DNA from: Candidatus Hodarchaeota archaeon
Lineage (GTDB): Archaea > Asgardarchaeota > Heimdallarchaeia > Hodarchaeales > Hodarchaeaceae
DNA: 63,473 nucleotides
Reading direction: 5' to 3'
Assembly (NCBI GenBank): GCA_016839815.1
Contig: JAEOTM010000171.1
Location: 1 to 63,473 of the forward strand
Below the pieces are notes generated by a model. It saw only the letters and a program-made list of their open reading frames with translations, ran no database searches and was not told the DNA's origin. Shown here in pieces: positions 1 to 10,251 of this stretch (within the stretch, counting starts at the first letter, position 1; every line of letters starts with the position of its first letter). A program made the translations under genes and the position numbers.

Positions 1-87
1 ATAGATAGGTTGATTTTACCTCATATTACTTTTTTCTTATAATTGTTCTGAAATCAAATATCCTATTATAATCATAATTTTTGTTTT

Positions 88-3000
88 CTAGTTTTTCCGT
101 CTAGCTTTTACTCGTTCAAAGATAACTGCAATTCCAATACCAAAACCTAAGGCAATAATATCTAGTAAGATGAATTGAATTAGGTCTATTGGACGTAATA
201 CACCAGGTCCACCGGGAGGATTTGTTGTAGTGCTAGGAGGAACGGTGGTTGTTGTTCTGGGAAGGAGAATGTTGAAATCTGTCGATCCTACTGTTAAAGA
301 GTTGCCTACGTTGTCAAAAATGGTCATTCTTACAAGATAATGGCCATCACCCAGGCTATTGGCGTTCAGAGTAAGACTAGCATTGGTATCTGCGATCAAG
401 GATACTTCAGCATCAGTTGGATCGAAAGTTTGCTCCAGTGTATTATCATCAGCATCATATAGTTCAAATCTTAAGAAATCAACGTTGATTCCACTCTTTA
501 TATCAAAATATGAAATTACGATTTCGAAAGTGCCTCCAGAGATCTGGGCTGGTGGTGGTGATTCTATTGCTATTCCGGGACTCTCATCTTCTAGTTCAAC
601 AGTCAAAAGTGTTTGATTTGTTCTACCCGCCATATCTGTAACGAAAATCACTAACTCCCAGGTTGTTTGACCGACATACAAGGAATTTCGACTTAAAGTA
701 ATAGAATCAAAGATATCCCAGTCGTAAAAATAAGCACCTCCACCTACATTAAGATCTTGATCATCTAGGGTTAGTACGGTAGCACCACCTTGGGATCGGA
801 CGATTAACTGGACACTGGATTCCTCTACTCCAGAATTACGGCCTGTGAAGGAACTAGAGTCGGAAAGAACACCAGAAATAGAAACATTTCCATTAGCATC
901 CATAGTAGGATATATAATGCCTTGGACAGTTATGGAGGTGACACTAATAGTTGCTGAAGGATCAATAACATCAATAACGGCAATAAACGAGACGTTCGCT
1001 AAGTTATTAGCGTTATCTAACGCGGTGATTGAAATGAAAAATTCAGTGTCTCCAACAGTGGAGGTATCCCAATCATATGAGAAAATTGAACCAACAGTAT
1101 TTATCATGGAAAAGTCTGCACCGTTTATCGTAATCGTGACGGAACTTGTATTCAAACCCAATGAAACATAACCTGGAGGGGTACCCGCATCGGGATCGAA
1201 TATATCAGCAATAATGGTAGTTGTAGGACTATATGGCAAAGCTATTGTGTCTATATTGGTTGGTGCCACAAGAGTAATATCAGGAGCTGTACTATCCACT
1301 GCTATCCAGTTGAAAGTAACCATAAAAACAGTAGACAGAAATGTACCATTATCTAGACGATGTTGAAGACTCCAAATCCAAGAAACAGTGGTTAATCCTG
1401 TAAATGGCTGATCAAAGTTAAATGATCCTCCACTTCCACTAGTTCTTGTTCTTGGAGTTCCATTCCAATCTTCATATAGTTGTTTTCCTGATAATCCTCG
1501 ATTAATTTGATCTACCAAATCCCCTAAGATATTTACGTCACGATGTAAATCTCCTACTATACGATACGTACCACCATTCGTTATAGATATTGTTGATCCG
1601 TTAGCAGGGAGGTATATTTCAAATGATGAGGGTAAGATATTTATTGCGTTATAAACATTGATTCCGAGGGCAAAGATTCGTGGACGGTAATGGAGGAGGT
1701 TTGGTCCCCAAATTACTCTGGATCGGATACTAATTGCATTTAAAGCATAATTATTAGGGATTTGATAATCCAACGTAAAGCTTCCCGAGGTTAAACTTCC
1801 AACTGTAGCTGTGCCAACTTCTTGAAGACCATCATATCCAACGTTCCGAATTAAACCAACAAATTGAGCAGAATTGACATTTACATCTTGATCATCCTGA
1901 ATTGTTCCAGATGAAGTAATGCTTTCCCCAGTAAACACAGCATTTCCGCTGTAACCGCTAAGTGTATGTCCTGTTATAGATAGTCTTGATATTAACCTAA
2001 CATTGGAGATTGAACTACGAGCTTCTTGAGGAGTCGGAGTTGCAGGATCCCAACCATAGATCGATATATCCTGCAAAACAATAGATCCAGGGATAGTGAT
2101 GATCCTCCAAAATTCACCATCACTATCAGTAACGACATCTGTTAGTGTATAAGTTTGTGGTGTAGGAATTGTTACATTATAAGCAAGTCTTACAGTAGTA
2201 GATGCAAGTCCAAGACCAGTTTCTTGATCATAATAACTACCAGAAATATTGAGAGAAGTTGTATCTCGATAAATCTCATAATATCCATTAGATACATTTA
2301 AACCAGCGTCAGGATGGGTCCCATCTGTTATATCGTTAACTGGATCTTGAATAAGAACTTGAATTCGATCCACATTTTTAACTTCGAAATTAAATGTTGT
2401 GAATGAAATAGTATTCGTATGAGAACCATTTACCCAGACACCTGATAATTTTCCAGATGGAACAGCTGAGTGGGTAAAATTATAGGTCAACCCTTGAGCA
2501 TCTCCAAAATGAGCTGTTGCATTCATAGTATACCACTTCTCAGGGGTTGTTCCAGTCGCTTGAAGTGAAAAAATCGCTTTACTAACAGCTGAATCTTGGT
2601 AGCTCCCAACTGGGATAACATTCATATTAATCGTGGGATCTCCTGGAAGTTTTCCATCAACTGTGATAGAAATGTTCACATCATCAATATCTGCGAGTAC
2701 TACTCCTCCTCTGTTTAATCTTAGTGTAAATTCAATATTGATCCACTCGGTTTGACCAATACGAGAATCTGGATTATCTGCTGGATAAGCAACGATTTGG
2801 CCTAAGAAATACTGCGGATCAACCTGTATTATTTCTTCAACATCTGAATAAGAGCTGTTTGAAAAGAAATTTATGTTAGTAGATTTTTGACCAACATCCC
2901 ATTCACTATCCACACCAACATCGGATGTTAGGTCAGCTGTTGCATTAAGTACAATACCGAGAATCTTGGGTGTAGTTAGATATGTGGTTGTCAATCGAAC

Positions 3001-5244
3001 TGTAACATATCCTGATCCGTTTGTGACTGAACCTCCAACGTAAACCAGAGAAACACCTGCGTAAATACCTCCAAGAACCACATTTACGTCCACTCCTCCA
3101 AGTCCTACTCCACCACCTTCTTCTTGAACCCTGAAATCAATTTCAAGAATATCTCCAGATCGTATTGTCGTATCTCCCGATTCGTTTGTATCAGAAAGCA
3201 CTATTTCATAAAAAGTAAAAGCAGGGTCGATTCTTAGACTACTATCTTGTGCAGTTCGCCATGTCTTATCCCATTCAGCGAAGGTAGTAGTGCCTTCATG
3301 TTGATTCCCAATCCATCTCACCTGTGAGTCATTTTCAAAGTCGACTGTTAGATCTAACACAATTATCTTAAGGATCTCGGGAGTCGTTAGATATATACTA
3401 TTCACAGTTACTTCAATCATACCATTTGAATCAGTTGTACGATACCCGTAAATTCCATATACAGGATTACGACCATCATTGAATGACAATGAGACACCAG
3501 GAGTTACTTGGTTTAATACAATTTTAACGGGTACATCTGCAAAATCAACCAAAGGAGCAGAAGTTGTATTAACCTCAAATACCAAAATGGCTGACTCTCC
3601 TGGTCGAATACTCGTTGATGTAATAGAATTTAAGCTAATATCACCAATCCAGAAATCAGGATCGATACTTATCATATCCCCTCCTGAAGAAGCTGTTAAT
3701 ATACCCGTTGAACTTCTCATAAAACGATGGGGATTGTTAGGATAGCTACTAGGATACGGGCCAGCAGGAGCATTGGTACTACGTAAATCAGCTACTGCTG
3801 TAATTGTAGGAGTTTTTAATTGATAAGGGATAGGAAAACCTGCAGTGATAGTAAATTGAACGATTCCACTCCCATTGGTTATTGCCCAGCCTGAACCATT
3901 ATCAAGAAAACCTGTGGCAAATTGAAGAGTGATCCCTGTTGGATGTGAATCTAAGGTTGCATTCACAGGAATTCCTGCCACCTGATAAATATCGCTTGTA
4001 TATGCGTAATCTAAGTCCACTCTGAAAGTTACAAGTGTAGAATTTTCATTTGGTGGTGCAATTGATGTTGAGGGAACAGCGGAGACAAATTCAACCGAGG
4101 CAACATCCATCTCATTTAATATCGTAAAATTCGAAGTAGAATCAGCATAATTGGTTAAAGGATCATTACCGTCATAATGTTCCGTAAAATATCCAGAAAC
4201 AGGATCAATTGTAGTATTAAGTATAAAATAGTAATCATTTTCTAAAGTAGTAGGATAAGTTGTTGTTACATTCAGCCTGAGCTCTCCATTGGCGTCTGTT
4301 AATGTACTTGGTAAATTAGTACTCATATCGAGGAGATTATAACTTATCCCTTCGGGGCCTCCACTTGAAATAGGAGCATCAGTAGTGCCATCATAAAGAT
4401 CTGCACTAACTGTAAGCCCTGATAAAGGAGTAGTGCCTGAATAGGCCTTAAGAACAACACTAGCTTCTTCTCCCTGACGAAAAGTATTATCACCACTTGC
4501 TATATTAACAAAACCAGGATTGACCTCGGTTAGAGCTGAAAAACCGCTTACAATGAAATAATCAATCTTTGCAAACGGATTCACATTTTCAATTTTCGCT
4601 GTTGTATTTGTACTGCCTCCTGGGTAGTATTGGTAGATTGAAACATTGTCTCCAGGTGAGATCCCGTACTTAGTGGATAAATCAGTCATATCTGGTATTG
4701 TGAAGGAAGCTTCGATTTTCCCTTCTGTAGGGTCATTAGAGATGGCAGGAATTACAGGTGTCCCATTAGTTACGGCAGATGCAATTAGATGATTTGAATC
4801 AGTAAGGTTTGTATAATCATATTTATGTAGATAAATAGAAATATTTTGATTGATAATGGCCCAGTTACCTGTTTGTGCACTATTAAACCGATTACTCACA
4901 CTGATGATTTCTCCCGGGAAATAAATAGTTTTATCAGGTTCGATTTCAGTAATAGAAAAATAGGGAGATTTCTGTGATTCTTTGTTACGATAAATCCCTG
5001 AACGGGGAAGAGAATGTGTGTCTTGGCTAGGTTCACGTAAAGAAGTTAAATAACGATCTGTTGGCTGAATTTCTTGGGGAAGAGTACTCCCAACAAATGG
5101 GAACAGAACAGTAGATAAGAGTAAAAGAGGAACTATTAATATTACGGAGTAAAACGGCGATGAGCGTTTATTATATTTCAACAATTTCAATTCACCGAAC
5201 AGAGTGTTGATTAGAACTGAGATTAAGATCGGAGGGTTTTCCAT
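88..5244 (-). CDS. Very large cell-surface/adhesin-like protein with tandem Ig-like (invasin/Big-like) modules and a C-terminal membrane anchor
   Basis: 1718-aa ORF with an N-terminal hydrophobic signal segment, Thr/Asn/Asp-rich beta-strand composition, a recurring T[DN]xxGxV...Y[LP]TTP motif, D[ST]xAP..I..DxAGN Ig-type motifs near the C-terminus, a Thr/Pro linker, a TM helix and a basic tail (KARRKN). The true start may be about 20 codons downstream. Confidence 0.75.
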   Translation of the reverse strand: MENPPILISVLINTLFGELKLLKYNKRSSPFYSVILIVPLLLLSTVLFPFVGSTLPQEIQPTDRYLTSLREPSQDTHSLPRSGIYRNKESQKSPYFSITEIEPDKTIYFPGEIISVSNRFNSAQTGNWAIINQNISIYLHKYDYTNLTDSNHLIASAVTNGTPVIPAISNDPTEGKIEASFTIPDMTDLSTKYGISPGDNVSIYQYYPGGSTNTTAKIENVNPFAKIDYFIVSGFSALTEVNPGFVNIASGDNTFRQGEEASVVLKAYSGTTPLSGLTVSADLYDGTTDAPISSGGPEGISYNLLDMSTNLPSTLTDANGELRLNVTTTYPTTLENDYYFILNTTIDPVSGYFTEHYDGNDPLTNYADSTSNFTILNEMDVASVEFVSAVPSTSIAPPNENSTLVTFRVDLDYAYTSDIYQVAGIPVNATLDSHPTGITLQFATGFLDNGSGWAITNGSGIVQFTITAGFPIPYQLKTPTITAVADLRSTNAPAGPYPSSYPNNPHRFMRSSTGILTASSGGDMISIDPDFWIGDISLNSITSTSIRPGESAILVFEVNTTSAPLVDFADVPVKIVLNQVTPGVSLSFNDGRNPVYGIYGYRTTDSNGMIEVTVNSIYLTTPEILKIIVLDLTVDFENDSQVRWIGNQHEGTTTFAEWDKTWRTAQDSSLRIDPAFTFYEIVLSDTNESGDTTIRSGDILEIDFRVQEEGGGVGLGGVDVNVVLGGIYAGVSLVYVGGSVTNGSGYVTVRLTTTYLTTPKILGIVLNATADLTSDVGVDSEWDVGQKSTNINFFSNSSYSDVEEIIQVDPQYFLGQIVAYPADNPDSRIGQTEWINIEFTLRLNRGGVVLADIDDVNISITVDGKLPGDPTINMNVIPVGSYQDSAVSKAIFSLQATGTTPEKWYTMNATAHFGDAQGLTYNFTHSAVPSGKLSGVWVNGSHTNTISFTTFNFEVKNVDRIQVLIQDPVNDITDGTHPDAGLNVSNGYYEIYRDTTSLNISGSYYDQETGLGLASTTVRLAYNVTIPTPQTYTLTDVVTDSDGEFWRIITIPGSIVLQDISIYGWDPATPTPQEARSSISNVRLISRLSITGHTLSGYSGNAVFTGESITSSGTIQDDQDVNVNSAQFVGLIRNVGYDGLQEVGTATVGSLTSGSFTLDYQIPNNYALNAISIRSRVIWGPNLLHYRPRIFALGINVYNAINILPSSFEIYLPANGSTISITNGGTYRIVGDLHRDVNILGDLVDQINRGLSGKQLYEDWNGTPRTRTSGSGGSFNFDQPFTGLTTVSWIWSLQHRLDNGTFLSTVFMVTFNWIAVDSTAPDITLVAPTNIDTIALPYSPTTTIIADIFDPDAGTPPGYVSLGLNTSSVTITINGADFSMINTVGSIFSYDWDTSTVGDTEFFISITALDNANNLANVSFIAVIDVIDPSATISVTSITVQGIIYPTMDANGNVSISGVLSDSSSFTGRNSGVEESSVQLIVRSQGGATVLTLDDQDLNVGGGAYFYDWDIFDSITLSRNSLYVGQTTWELVIFVTDMAGRTNQTLLTVELEDESPGIAIESPPPAQISGGTFEIVISYFDIKSGINVDFLRFELYDADDNTLEQTFDPTDAEVSLIADTNASLTLNANSLGDGHYLVRMTIFDNVGNSLTVGSTDFNILLPRTTTTVPPSTTTNPPGGPGVLRPIDLIQFILLDIIALGFGIGIAVIFERVKARRKN

Positions 5245-5728
5245 ATGTAAATTTATGACAGTAGTGAAGAAACTCTCCGTATAGTCGTTTTATATAATCC
5301 TGTATTAATTAATGTTGCCTTATTCTAATAAAGTATTTCTGAAGCAAATTGGATTTAATGGTGTTAAAACGGTATTTTATTATATATATTCTTACTTAAT
5401 GATAACTTAAAGGAAGAATTGAGCCTACTCCGGTCTATACGAAGAATCTCTCTTCAATATTCAAGTTTGACAGGAAATTAACTTTCAGATTTATCCCAAA
5501 GAGCCTCTCCTCTAGATCAATCAATGTTTAACAGCACTTTTGGAAGCTTAAAATCAAGAATGAAACGAATGATCACAATTCCAAGATTTTTCAGCGAATT
5601 CTTTTTAGAAAAATTAATCATTTCAAAAGTTGTTCAACAGAACTGTTGATTTTCCATCATTAACGAAAAGTGCAATTCGAATCTTTATATATAATGTTGG
5701 TTTTACACAAATTGCGGAGTCATTCTTA

Positions 5729-6478
5729 ATGGTATTATTCAAGGGAAATAAAATTAAGAAAGGTCAAGAAGAATTCGATCAAGGCATGGCTTATTATGAA
5801 ACTCAACGCTATGAGGAGGCCGTTGGGAATTTTAAGAAATCTGCAAAGCTTTTTAGGGATGGGAATGAAAAGAAGTTAAGTAAAAGAGCTGAAGCGTTCA
5901 AACTCTGCGCTTTTGGTTATATCGATATGATCAAAATGAATTTTCTTGAAGCAATTCGATCGTTCGGCAAAGCTAATGTAATTTTTTCGACTGAAGGATT
6001 TCTCGATGAGGCAAAACATGCAAGAACAGTTCAAGCTCAAACTCAGGGAGAATTAGCCAAATCTAAAGCTCAAAATGGAGAGTTTATCGAATCAGCTCGA
6101 TTATACGAATCTGCAGGTGCATTATATTCGACAACTGGTCTAGAGATGGAAGCTGCGAAAGCCCGTGCTCGTTCCTTTGTACAAAGAGCTGCTGCAATGG
6201 AATCAGATTTTGATAAAGCTTACTATTTAGAACGAGCAGTGGAAGAATTTAAGAAAGGACGGGAAGATGCTACCCGGTATGAAGCTCTCGCATTATACAG
6301 TCGGGCAAAATCATTAATTAGTGCACGGGAGAACATGAAAGAAGCTATTGATTTATTGGTACAAGCCCATGAAAAATACGTAAAAGTAGGAAGTACCACT
6401 CAAACAGAAAAGGTAAAATTATTGTTAGAAGATTTAACAGAGCAAGTAAAAATACGTCCCTCTGAATTCGGTATTTAA
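5729..6478 (+). CDS. TPR-like alpha-helical repeat protein (alpha-SNAP-like character)
   Basis: Repeated A...Y/F..AA..Y/F helical pairs (YEEAVGNFKKSAKLF, FIESARLYESAGALY). ATG at 5729 is preferred over the TTG at 5630. Confidence 0.6.
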   Translation: MVLFKGNKIKKGQEEFDQGMAYYETQRYEEAVGNFKKSAKLFRDGNEKKLSKRAEAFKLCAFGYIDMIKMNFLEAIRSFGKANVIFSTEGFLDEAKHARTVQAQTQGELAKSKAQNGEFIESARLYESAGALYSTTGLEMEAAKARARSFVQRAAAMESDFDKAYYLERAVEEFKKGREDATRYEALALYSRAKSLISARENMKEAIDLLVQAHEKYVKVGSTTQTEKVKLLLEDLTEQVKIRPSEFGI

Positions 6479-6595
6479 GCTTATTGATTATTTGGCCTGT
6501 GATGATTAATTTAAAGGCACTGATTACCTAGATGAAGAGCGATGAGCGGTCTGAGGCTAATAACCATTTGATTTGTTAACTAAGATTGAAAAACA

Positions 6596-7339
6596 ATGAC
6601 AATTACAATATTTCCATTAAGAGATTTTCCCTTAATTAATCCAGGAGATTCCTTATCAGACATAATTGTAGAAGAGTTAAAAAAGATAGATCTAAAAGAT
6701 AAAGATATCATTGTTATTGCCCATACAATAATTTCCAAAGCAGAGAATAAAGTCTATAAACTCGATTCAATCACACCTAGTTCTTTTGCTAATCAAATTG
6801 GTAAGCTTCAAGAAAAAGATCCACGGAAAATCGAGATCATCCTTCGTGAAAGTAGTGAAATTATTCGCATGAATCAGAATGTTTTGATTACTGCAACCCA
6901 TCATGGATTCATTTGTGCGAATAGTGGAATAGATAAATCAAATACTCCTGGAAATACTGTTATTTCTCTTCCTGATGATCCTGATAAATCTGCCAGGGAG
7001 ATTATGGAAAAGATCAAAACCAAACTACATAAAAATGTGGCAGTAATCATTTCTGATACCTTTGGCAGACCTTTACGAGTGGGTACAGTTAATTTCGCTA
7101 TTGGAATAGCTGGAATTGCTCCTTTGGAGGATATTCGTGGAAAAACGGATCTTTTTGGTTATGAATTGAGATCTACGATTATAGCAAGAGTTGATGAAGT
7201 AGCTGCCGCCGCAGGGATAGTTATGGGGCAGGCTGATGAAGGAACACCTGTTATAGTAGTGAGAGGGGTTGAATATTCGATCAGTAACAATTCAGCTCGA
7301 GAATTAATTCGTGAACCAGCTAAGGATGTCTTCCGATAA
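6596..7339 (+). CDS. cofE: Coenzyme F420-0:L-glutamate ligase
   Basis: Motifs P.I.PGD, IISKAE, GFICANSGIDKSN, LP.DPD.SA, SDTFGRPLR.G, DEVAAAA..VMGQADEGTPV..VRG. Confidence 0.95.
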   Translation: MTITIFPLRDFPLINPGDSLSDIIVEELKKIDLKDKDIIVIAHTIISKAENKVYKLDSITPSSFANQIGKLQEKDPRKIEIILRESSEIIRMNQNVLITATHHGFICANSGIDKSNTPGNTVISLPDDPDKSAREIMEKIKTKLHKNVAVIISDTFGRPLRVGTVNFAIGIAGIAPLEDIRGKTDLFGYELRSTIIARVDEVAAAAGIVMGQADEGTPVIVVRGVEYSISNNSARELIREPAKDVFR

Positions 7340-7403
7340 ATAAAAAACAATAAAGCAAATGCTCTTTCTTGGATTATAGTAGTATTCTGAGATACTAATT
7401 CAA

Positions 7404-7505
7404 GCGCCGATAGTCTAGTCTGGTAGGACTTCACCCTCCCAAGGTGATAGCCCGGGTTCAAAAGAATTTCTCCCTCGAGAAATGCTGAAACTCCCGGTCG
7501 GCGCA
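7404..7505 (+). tRNA. tRNA-Gly(CCC) with a 29-nt T-loop intron (59/60; 7463-7491)
   Basis: Acceptor GCGCCGA/TCGGCGC, anticodon arm TCACC-CTCCCAA-GGTGA, T stem CCGGG/CCCGG. The insert forms a BHB (TTCA/TGAA helix, AAA and ACT bulges), and its removal restores TTCAAAT. Confidence 0.93.
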
Positions 7506-7531
7506 TTTTAATAGGACGGACTGATAGTAAA

Positions 7532-7816
7532 ATGGAAATACTTTTGGTTTTTTTAGGTTCATTACAATATGATTTGGGTCATGCGGAATTGACATATAAT
7601 TTCAAAGAGGGAGCATCTATAAAGTCTGTGGTGAGAGAACTCTCTGAATCATCCGAGTTTAGGGGCTTAAAGAATTTTTTTACCGAGTCTTATGAATCAT
7701 TAAGGTCTGTAATAGTATTTCTAAATGAGAAGGATATTTCTGTACTAGATGGTATGAATACATCTATACAACAAGGTGATAAACTAACCTTTATTCCTGT
7801 AATTCACGGTGGATGA
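7532..7816 (+). CDS. Ubiquitin-like sulfur carrier (MoaD/ThiS/SAMP; Urm1-like)
   Basis: 94 aa; VFLNEKDI..LDG....GD.LTFIPVIHGG with C-terminal Gly-Gly. The HGG ending is Urm1-like. Confidence 0.88.
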   Translation: MEILLVFLGSLQYDLGHAELTYNFKEGASIKSVVRELSESSEFRGLKNFFTESYESLRSVIVFLNEKDISVLDGMNTSIQQGDKLTFIPVIHGG

Positions 7817-7848
7817 GATTCAATAGACGAATAGGAACGTAATATGAA

Positions 7849-8778
7849 ATGGGAATTCAAATGAAAGGACGATCAATTTTAACACTTTTAGACTTGAAAC
7901 CTGAAGAAATAAGATTTTTATTAGATAAAGCGAAGGATTTCAAACAAAATAGAGATAGATACATCCAATCTGAACCTTTGAAAGGTAAGACACTTGGAAT
8001 GATATTCCAGAAAAGGTCTACAAGAACACGAGTTTCAACAGAAACTGCAATGGCCGAACTCGGGGGACATGCTCTGTTCTTAGGGAAAGATGATATTCAA
8101 CTTGGTGTCAATGAATCTCTATCGGATACTGCGATTGTACTTGGACGGATGGTTTCAGCAATCTTAGCACGTGTATTTGCACATGATACAGTGGAAACAC
8201 TTGCAAAACATGCAAAAATACCTGTAATCAATGCTTTATCAGACCAATTTCATCCCTTACAGGGTTTAGCTGATATACTTACAATAGAAGAACATTTGGG
8301 AAAATTAAAAGATGTTAGAATTGCATGGATTGGAGATGGAAACAACGTTTGTCACACTCTGATGATTGCTTCCATTAAAATGGGAATGAAGATGAAAGTA
8401 GGAACTCCAATTGGTTATATGCCTGATAAGCACATTATCGATTACTGTAATACGAATGCTTCTTCTTCAGGACAGGTTTTAGTAATGAATGATCCAATCG
8501 CAGCAATCGAGAACGCAGACGTTGTGGTTACAGACACTTTTATTTCTATGGGACAAGAAGCGGAGAAAAATGAGAAATTAAAAGAATTTAAAGGTTTTCA
8601 AGTAAACCAAGAATTAGTTGAGCATGCTGCAAAAAACTATCTCTTCTTGCATTGTCTACCACGTCATAAAGAAGAAGTCACAGATGATATCATCTATGGT
8701 ACGCATTCTGTAGTATTTGATGAAGCAGAAAATCGATTACATACTGTTGCTGCAGTATTAAATAGTATAATTCAATAA
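7849..8778 (+). CDS. argF: Ornithine carbamoyltransferase
   Basis: STRT carbamoyl-phosphate motif, HPLQ.LAD, GDGNN, SMG, HCLP, EAENR. Confidence 0.96.
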   Translation: MGIQMKGRSILTLLDLKPEEIRFLLDKAKDFKQNRDRYIQSEPLKGKTLGMIFQKRSTRTRVSTETAMAELGGHALFLGKDDIQLGVNESLSDTAIVLGRMVSAILARVFAHDTVETLAKHAKIPVINALSDQFHPLQGLADILTIEEHLGKLKDVRIAWIGDGNNVCHTLMIASIKMGMKMKVGTPIGYMPDKHIIDYCNTNASSSGQVLVMNDPIAAIENADVVVTDTFISMGQEAEKNEKLKEFKGFQVNQELVEHAAKNYLFLHCLPRHKEEVTDDIIYGTHSVVFDEAENRLHTVAAVLNSIIQ

Positions 8779-8884
8779 TGATCTAGAGATCGGTAAAAAT
8801 CAATTATTAAACGACAGATAATTAAGGGAATTAGTGATTCAAATTCAAAGATGAATCCTTTAATTATTTACAGAGGCAAATTAA

Positions 8885-9388
8885 GTGGTTAATACTCCTA
8901 TATGTAATTTTTGTGCGAAAACTGGAGTACTATGTAAGAAGTGTAAACAAAAACTCCGCAAAAAGAAAATCAATCAATTAGATATAGATATCTCTAAAGC
9001 ATTTGCCAAAATTGAGTTACGTTTTTCCAAACAACTACAAAATGTGACGTTTGAAAGAGCTCATAAGATGAATGGCTCAGTGGTACTCTTAACTAGAAAT
9101 GGTCACGTGTTACTCGAGAATGATGAAATTCTTGACTATTTAGAAAATGAACTAAGACAACCTATAGAAATAGTAGAAAGAAAGGGGGATACTCGGACTA
9201 CTTTTGTCCAGTTCTTTGCACCATTGGACATTGTAGAAATTGATCAAATATTTGTACCACCAGAAGGCGATGTTGAGTTAAGAATAACATTAAATGGAAA
9301 TCCTGACGATCTAAGATTTCCATTAAATCAATTAGAACAAATAGCTGAACTAATTTCAAAGAATCCCGTAAGAATTGAAATTCAGTAA
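8885..9388 (+). CDS. Archaeal NusA-like transcription factor with N-terminal Zn site
   Basis: N-terminal PIC.FC.KTG.LC..C and D..IS..F, followed by degenerate KH-like domains, as in the archaeal NusA paralogue family. Confidence 0.72.
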   Translation: MVNTPICNFCAKTGVLCKKCKQKLRKKKINQLDIDISKAFAKIELRFSKQLQNVTFERAHKMNGSVVLLTRNGHVLLENDEILDYLENELRQPIEIVERKGDTRTTFVQFFAPLDIVEIDQIFVPPEGDVELRITLNGNPDDLRFPLNQLEQIAELISKNPVRIEIQ

Positions 9389-9459
9389 AACAAAACAGAG
9401 TGGATGTCTCATATCTTCATTTACATAGTCCTTACTTTTATTCAAGCCTACTCTCTCTT

Positions 9460-10056
9460 CTAGAGGAAGAAGAGAAAGTCAGCAATAGAAAAACCTAGTA
9501 ACTGCAATAAGCCCTGAATAATGCAGATGACTCCCACTGTTACTGATATAATAGGATTAGAAAGAAGTTCTGCGATTAGAAGATAAAGATCTTCAATCAT
9601 TCTAATCGAACCGTAAATTATAAGGAATATGAGTATAAAGACACCTGCCATAATTTTAATTTGATTCGCTCCCAAAAATACAAGAATAGCTGCACCCAAG
9701 AGGCCTAAAGCTAATGAAAGGAAAGTTCCAAATCTAAAATTCTTAATTGGCCTTAGAATAAGGACAAGTCCAAGTACACTAAAACAAATAAGAGTTATCA
9801 AGTCAAACGATGATGGTAGGCCGACTGGTTGTGAATTAAGGTAAAAAGCGGAACCAATCATTAAGAAGGAAATAATGCCAACAGGAAATCCTAAAATAGC
9901 AACTTTTTCAGTTAATGAGGCAATTTCTTCTGAATCAGAGACTGAAGACAATCGAATTAATAACCAGGAGGCCGCTACGCCCCCGCCTATTATCAGAAGA
10001 AGAAAATTCCAATCTACGAATACAAAAAGTCCATCATCAAGTGCCAAGTGATCCAT
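9460..10056 (-). CDS. Hypothetical integral membrane protein (about 6 TM)
   Basis: 198-aa ORF made of alternating hydrophobic helices. Confidence 0.6.
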   Translation of the reverse strand: MDHLALDDGLFVFVDWNFLLLIIGGGVAASWLLIRLSSVSDSEEIASLTEKVAILGFPVGIISFLMIGSAFYLNSQPVGLPSSFDLITLICFSVLGLVLILRPIKNFRFGTFLSLALGLLGAAILVFLGANQIKIMAGVFILIFLIIYGSIRMIEDLYLLIAELLSNPIISVTVGVICIIQGLLQLLGFSIADFLFFL

Positions 10057-10251
10057 CTCTAGTTTTTATGAAGCTTTCAATGTTTTAATTCAGGTGAAAT
10101 TCGCATTTTGTGTGCTTATAAAATTGCGGATTAAAGTACTAATACTACTCGGAATTCATTCGTTACTGGTTTTCCTATTTTCAATAAACTGGAAAGTTCA
10201 ACTATTAAAATCCTCATAGTCCTAACAAAAAAAAATTCAATTTACGATAAC

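Noticed and set aside
7159-7506. 115-aa minus-strand ORF
   Set aside because: Antisense to cofE and tRNA-Gly.
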